Assembly: GCA_048941265.1 (NCBI GenBank)
Contig: JBHLNT010000070.1
Location: 1-19,682, forward strand
Direction of reading: 5' to 3'
DNA length: 19,682 bases
Source of the DNA: Promethearchaeota archaeon
GTDB taxonomy: Archaea; Asgardarchaeota; Lokiarchaeia; Sigyniarchaeales; SOKP01
Both the position numbers and the translations under genes were made by a program. Positions 15,530 through 19,682 of the stretch are shown here, in pieces; the stretch's first letter is position 1, and each line of letters opens with the position of its first letter. The notes below the pieces were generated by a model, which was not told the DNA's origin, made no database searches, and worked only from the letters and a program-made list of their open reading frames with translations.

Positions 15530-15776
15530 TCATTCAATACACCGTTAAAGATTATCTTGACTATTTTTAAATAAAGTGAAAAAACATTGGTTCAAATAAA
15601 AGTATTTCAACTAAACATTTAACCTTTTTGTAAGTTTTCTCATTTGTATAGTTATTTTCTTCTGAAAAATTAGGTTACTTTTCCTTAAAAAGCCAAAAAA
15701 AAAGAATTTAAGTATATTTATATGTTTAATCTGCTTATTTTTGATTATTCTTTTACAAGTTCAAATAGGGGAAAAA

Positions 15777-17006
15777 ATGAAACAAGAGATAAGTAAAGCA
15801 GGGATGGATGAACCACATAAACAATCAAAAACAATTGAAATCATTATATACCTTCTTTTTGGCTTTGGACCTGTTACGGGAAATGTTATTTTAGTTTTAT
15901 TTGGTGTGCTTTCCAAGGAATTTAATGTAACTCCAAGCACATTATTGATTGCTATTCCAGCATTCATGGTTCCATTTGCGATAATCCAACTCTTTTCGGG
16001 TGCGATTTCTGATGTTAAAGGTAGATTTCCAGTTATAACCCTTGGCCTCATCATATTTGGATTTGGTTGGTTCATTGCCGCAATTTCTTTTACTTTATTG
16101 ATGTTTGTTGTCGGCAATTTTTTAGCAGGGGTTGGATTTGGATTTGTCAATCCCGTCTTAATTGCGTTAATGACTGATATAACTCCACCCGGACCACAAA
16201 TTCCAAAAAAAATGGGCTATTTGGGAGCTGTTGCTGCTTTCGGAGTGGGATTAGGACCCTTTTTTGCAGGGCAAATAGTCCAAATTGGATGGCGTTATAT
16301 TTATATTATTTTTATCTTGATTGTCATCACATCTATAATCGTATTATTCACAGTTAAAAAGCCTCCTCAAAAAGCCCATGGCGATTTGGGACCACGTGTT
16401 TTAATCTCTCATATTTACCAAGAGATTCGAAGACCAACCATAATTCTCATGATTTTCTCAGCTTTTTTAATATCATTAACTTATTTAGCCATTATCATCT
16501 GGACTTCAAGAGCATTTACTGGAGCTGTAAATGAATCAGTCATAGGGATCCTTTTAAGTCTAGTTGGGATTGCCGGTACAATTTCTGGACTGATAAATGG
16601 TAATATGATTAAACGGATTGGTATAGGTTTTACTTTATCAGTTGGGTTAACTTCACTTTTATTGACAACATTTTTACTTATCTATTTAGGAGATATTACC
16701 CGTTCTGAGATTACTATTTATGTGGCTCTTTGTTTATTTTTAGCAGGTATCGCAGGAGGAATTCTCTTTCCTTCTATTTTGTATTATAGTCAGATTCTTT
16801 CTCCCGAAAGGCGTGGAGCTCTTGCTGGACTTTTAACAGCAGGATATTTTATAGGAAATGCACTTGTTCCTGCCTTTTATGAACCGTTTTTTAATGCTGG
16901 TGGAATTAATGCAGTTTATCAAATAATTCTTATTATATCCATACTGCTTGTCTTAATAATTGGATTGCTTTACACCTTGGCAAAACGACAAATAAATTTA
17001 CAATAA
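15777..17006 (+). CDS. MFS transporter (DHA1-like drug:H+ antiporter type)
   Basis: About 12 TM helices; motif A GAISDVKGRFPV; motif C-like GVGLGPFFAG; PERRGALAG. The ATG at 15777 is preferred over TTG 15741 (GGGG upstream; AAAGAA-TTTAAGTA promoter-like at 15701-15714). Confidence 0.92.
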   Translation: MKQEISKAGMDEPHKQSKTIEIIIYLLFGFGPVTGNVILVLFGVLSKEFNVTPSTLLIAIPAFMVPFAIIQLFSGAISDVKGRFPVITLGLIIFGFGWFIAAISFTLLMFVVGNFLAGVGFGFVNPVLIALMTDITPPGPQIPKKMGYLGAVAAFGVGLGPFFAGQIVQIGWRYIYIIFILIVITSIIVLFTVKKPPQKAHGDLGPRVLISHIYQEIRRPTIILMIFSAFLISLTYLAIIIWTSRAFTGAVNESVIGILLSLVGIAGTISGLINGNMIKRIGIGFTLSVGLTSLLLTTFLLIYLGDITRSEITIYVALCLFLAGIAGGILFPSILYYSQILSPERRGALAGLLTAGYFIGNALVPAFYEPFFNAGGINAVYQIILIISILLVLIIGLLYTLAKRQINLQ

Positions 17007-17018
17007 AGAAATTAAATT

Positions 17019-17028
17019 AAAAAAAAAA
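17019..17028 (-). terminator. Putative oligo-T terminator of the DUF998-like gene
   Basis: A10 on the plus strand (T10 on minus) immediately after the stop at 17029, between convergent genes. Confidence 0.45.
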
Positions 17029-17700
17029 TTATAATTTTACGAGTTTCCAACATCCATAACTTAATATAACAAAGCATACTATTTGGGCAATCCACCCAAC
17101 TTTTTGTGCAATAACCATTAGGGCCCGATTTGACGCCAATCCCACCAATCCCATTATTGAGAGAATAAAATTAACAGCTGTAAAAATAAAAAAAATATAT
17201 GCGTATTGCTTTGGAAATTCTTTATTCAAGTACATTGATATGGAAAAACAAAAACTCATAATTAATGTAGATGTATAACTTATATAAACAAAGAGCATAT
17301 GTTGTTCTTCAAGGATGTCAACAGGAGAAATAGCTATCCCTATTATCGAAATCGAAGTAATTATTCCAAAAATTGTACCAATATTACTAAGCCATTTTTC
17401 TCTTTTAACCTCAGTAAAGAAAAACCGAATTGCTAGATAAAACGGAATCAGCGATGCAGCACTAAATATAAGTGCTATACTGAAAAGAATCATGGAAATT
17501 GTATTTGATTTACCCGAATAGGCAACTGACATTCCTAAATTACTTAAAGTATTATCCCAGAATGAATAACCTTGAATACTTGGATTATCGGGAGTTCCAC
17601 CTGTGTAAAATGCCATCGCAATAATGATTAAAATGACGGATATAATTGCTCCTACTACTTGAAACTTATATGCCTTAACCCTCCAACTTTCTGTATCCAT
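17029..17700 (-). CDS. DUF998-like six-TM membrane protein
   Basis: GYSFWDNTLSNLG resembles the DUF998/Frag1 YS...[IL]SxLG motif; GIAISP...QH segment; six hydrophobic helices. Confidence 0.75.
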   Translation of the reverse strand: MDTESWRVKAYKFQVVGAIISVILIIIAMAFYTGGTPDNPSIQGYSFWDNTLSNLGMSVAYSGKSNTISMILFSIALIFSAASLIPFYLAIRFFFTEVKREKWLSNIGTIFGIITSISIIGIAISPVDILEEQHMLFVYISYTSTLIMSFCFSISMYLNKEFPKQYAYIFFIFTAVNFILSIMGLVGLASNRALMVIAQKVGWIAQIVCFVILSYGCWKLVKL

Positions 17701-17753
17701 ATTAGCTTTTTCCTTTTAATTTTTATTCATATGATTAATATCTATTCTCTCTC

Positions 17754-17816
17754 TAAATATATAAAATTTTGAATCACAGTTCTATTGTATTTTTATTGAT
17801 GAAAATTTTTATTAAA
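17754..17816. promoter_or_regulatory. Divergent canonical BRE-TATA promoters
   Basis: Minus strand CAAAA-TTTTATATA (17771 to 17758) and plus strand GAAAA-TTTTTATTAAA (17801-17816), in the gap between divergent genes. Confidence 0.4.
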
Positions 17817-17864
17817 TCGCTCTTTATCATTTTTATTCTAAAAAATATCGTCTAAGGGAACTTA

Positions 17865-18554
17865 ATGTCTACTAAGTTTGAAAAAATATTGTTTTATGAC
17901 GAAAATGACTCGGGGTTTTTGAGGAAATTAGTGTTAATTATTATCATATTCTACCTCCTAACCACATTTTTATTCTTTCTTTCTGGAATCATAGAAATGA
18001 ATATTCAGACAATTCTCGCGGGAGTTATTCTCGTATTTTGGCTGCTATTTACAGTATTTCTATTCATAAAATTTCACAACTCTACTTTTCTCAAAGAAAA
18101 TTTCAGATGGTTATATCTCCCAGCAGTATTTATTCTAGCAATCATAGAAGAAACCATCATTTATTATAATGGTGGCGGATTAGGAGGAATGGCTAAAAGC
18201 TTAGAACATGATTTATTACTTGCGGTTCCCGTTTTCTTAGGTATTGGAGTAGGAATCTATTTATTACATATTAAAAGAACCTTAAATCCCGGAGAGTTTT
18301 TTATTTTAGGAGCAATCCAGGGATTCTTAATTGAAATCATTTTTTCTGGAAATATTGCTTTTATTTTAATATTAGGTGGTGGAGCTATGGGAATCTATGG
18401 TGCGATGATGGCTTGCTTTGCCCCTGCGCAAGAAGATAATACAAAAACATCCAAGCAATTGATAATAAATTTATTGCTTGGGTCAGTTCTATGCTTTATT
18501 TTTGTATTAATAGGCGCAATTATTGGCGACAACTTATATAATGCTATTTCTTAA
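17865..18554 (+). CDS. Hypothetical polytopic membrane protein
   Basis: 229 aa with about 7 TM helices, intramembrane acidic residues (AIIEETII, GFLIEII) and Gly-rich loops (NGGGLGG, LGGG). Family not recognised. Confidence 0.8.
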   Translation: MSTKFEKILFYDENDSGFLRKLVLIIIIFYLLTTFLFFLSGIIEMNIQTILAGVILVFWLLFTVFLFIKFHNSTFLKENFRWLYLPAVFILAIIEETIIYYNGGGLGGMAKSLEHDLLLAVPVFLGIGVGIYLLHIKRTLNPGEFFILGAIQGFLIEIIFSGNIAFILILGGGAMGIYGAMMACFAPAQEDNTKTSKQLIINLLLGSVLCFIFVLIGAIIGDNLYNAIS

Positions 18555-18698
18555 GGTAGTAAATATTAACAGCTTTATTTTTTTTGTTCCCTAGCCCTAA
18601 TATATCTTTTTTAGTGTCAGAACAAAATCTAAAAGAGAGGAACTATTTAATTAAATTAATAAACTGGATTTTTATAAATCCTATAAACTTTTTGATAA

Positions 18699-18857
18699 TT
18701 ATGTGCTGTATCTTTTTTTAGCTAATTTGGCCCTTCTATCTTTTATAGAGTTAAACTTTTCTATCCGTTTTTTTAATTGATCATCACATCCATTCCAAGA
18801 AAAGCAATTTCTATAAATTCTAAAGTTCCCTGTGAATCTCATTTCAAACTTACTCAA
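18699..18857 (-). CDS. Candidate small basic protein (52 aa), absent from the ORF track
   Basis: TTG at 18857 is preceded by the SD-like GGTGGTG. Translation: MSKFEMRFTGNFRIYRNCFSWNGCDDQLKKRIEKFNSIKDRRAKLAKKRYST*. Alternative ATG at 18842. Same strand as the upstream Lrp gene. Confidence 0.4.
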   Translation of the reverse strand: MSKFEMRFTGNFRIYRNCFSWNGCDDQLKKRIEKFNSIKDRRAKLAKKRYST

Positions 18858-19131
18858 ATAACACCACCATCTTTACCACTTCAAACGAATAAAAAAAGTA
18901 TGGATATAAAATTACACCGATTTAGAGAGATGTTTTTCATAGTGGAACGAACAAAATATAGAATTATTATTTGTTAATATAAACAACACGAACATTCTAA
19001 AAAGAATTTATTTTGATTTACTCAATATTCTTTTAAAGAATTGCTATTACTTGATATGTTTTATTGCCATCTCTATAAATACTTTAGCCATCTAAATTTT
19101 TTCTTAAATTACTGTTTATTCTTCTCGCCTT

Positions 19132-19617
19132 TTATTCTTTATTCTGAGAGATAAGTTCGGGAAACTCAGTTCCTTCCTTAACGACGTTCAAAATTAGATG
19201 TGTATTAGTTCTTAGTACATATTCATATTTGTTGATCTCTTTAACCATTGCACTGAGTTCTGATCTATTCCTAAATCTTGCCAATAATATCGCGTCATAC
19301 TCCCCTGTAATATCATATACCGCAAAGATATTAGGATGCTTAGCAATATCTCTCTCAACTTCTAACATTTTACCTTTCGAAATAGTTAATTCGATCATAG
19401 CTATAATATCAAAACCCAACTTCTCATAATTGAGGGTAACGCCATAATCTTTGATTATTCCCTTTTCCTCTAGCTTATCTATATGTCCTTTTATAGTTAC
19501 AGGAGATTTATTGAGTTCTTTCGCTATTGTTCGTAGGGAAACTCTATCATCTTCAGAAAGCATTCTTAAAATATCAATATCTATACCTTCCATATCTTCT
19601 GAATCTTTACTTTCCAC
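19132..19617 (-). CDS. Lrp/AsnC family transcriptional regulator
   Basis: IDIDILRMLSEDDRVSLRTIAKEL...HIDKLEEKGII HTH, LNYEKLG linker and VYDITGEYD RAM-domain motif. Start is GTG 19617 or ATG 19593. Confidence 0.95.
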   Translation of the reverse strand: MESKDSEDMEGIDIDILRMLSEDDRVSLRTIAKELNKSPVTIKGHIDKLEEKGIIKDYGVTLNYEKLGFDIIAMIELTISKGKMLEVERDIAKHPNIFAVYDITGEYDAILLARFRNRSELSAMVKEINKYEYVLRTNTHLILNVVKEGTEFPELISQNKE

Positions 19618-19682
19618 AATTATAATTAGATTAACTTGGTATTAATAATTATGCAAATGTCCATAAAAATTAATACTAATTA

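Noticed and set aside
17865-18554. CPBP/Abi intramembrane protease call based on the IEE motif
   Set aside because: Lacks the EExxxR arginine and the downstream FxxxH and HxxxN motifs.
18777-18977. 66-aa plus-strand ORF in the track
   Set aside because: TTG start with no SD, no recognisable motif, and it overlaps a better-supported minus-strand small ORF.
389-19645. Short track ORFs 389-637, 2024-2395, 3812-4030, 4168-4413, 5407-5634, 7247-7525, 15342-15548, 15761-16150, 19229-19429 and 19451-19645
   Set aside because: They are antisense or out-of-frame shadows of longer, motif-supported genes and have no protein-like features of their own.
1-19682. tRNA, rRNA, CRISPR array, IS elements
   Set aside because: No GC-rich structured non-coding stretch, no regularly spaced repeats and no transposase-like ORF detected by eye.

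Overview
This is an AT-rich (roughly 25-30% GC by eye), gene-dense prokaryotic window with archaeal TATA/BRE-type promoters and oligo-T terminators. The gene content suggests an Asgard archaeon (Lokiarchaeia-like), but that is inference. I see no rRNA, tRNA, CRISPR array or transposase. The flanks look ordinary: the 3' end of a probable type IA topoisomerase, a UroD/MtaA-family enzyme, an alpha/beta hydrolase, an MFS transporter, a DUF998-like protein and an Lrp/AsnC regulator. The centre (about 2.5-14.4 kb) is the candidate novel system. It contains a translationally coupled four-gene operon (6773-14405) in which every product is membrane-anchored: (i) a tandem-HhH protein with a degenerate PD-(D/E)xK-like domain, (ii) a claudin-like 4-TM protein, (iii) a helical 2-TM protein, and (iv) a 1275-aa HerA/VirB4/FtsK-type protein with a duplicated N-terminal membrane module, eroded Walker A/B motifs and a probable C-terminal winged helix. 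Next to it are a double alpha/alpha-toroid surface glycoprotein, a divergent M50-like intramembrane metalloprotease and a CxxC/CxxC Zn-finger protein. These four upstream regions share an unusual T-run-CTTTA(A/T)A element, whereas flanking genes have canonical purine-rich BRE-TATA promoters. Working hypothesis: a co-regulated, membrane-embedded DNA-handling or cell-contact machine built largely from pseudoenzymes, analogous to (not shown homologous with) Ced/T4SS/FtsK systems. All domain calls are by-eye motif recognition; no searches were run.
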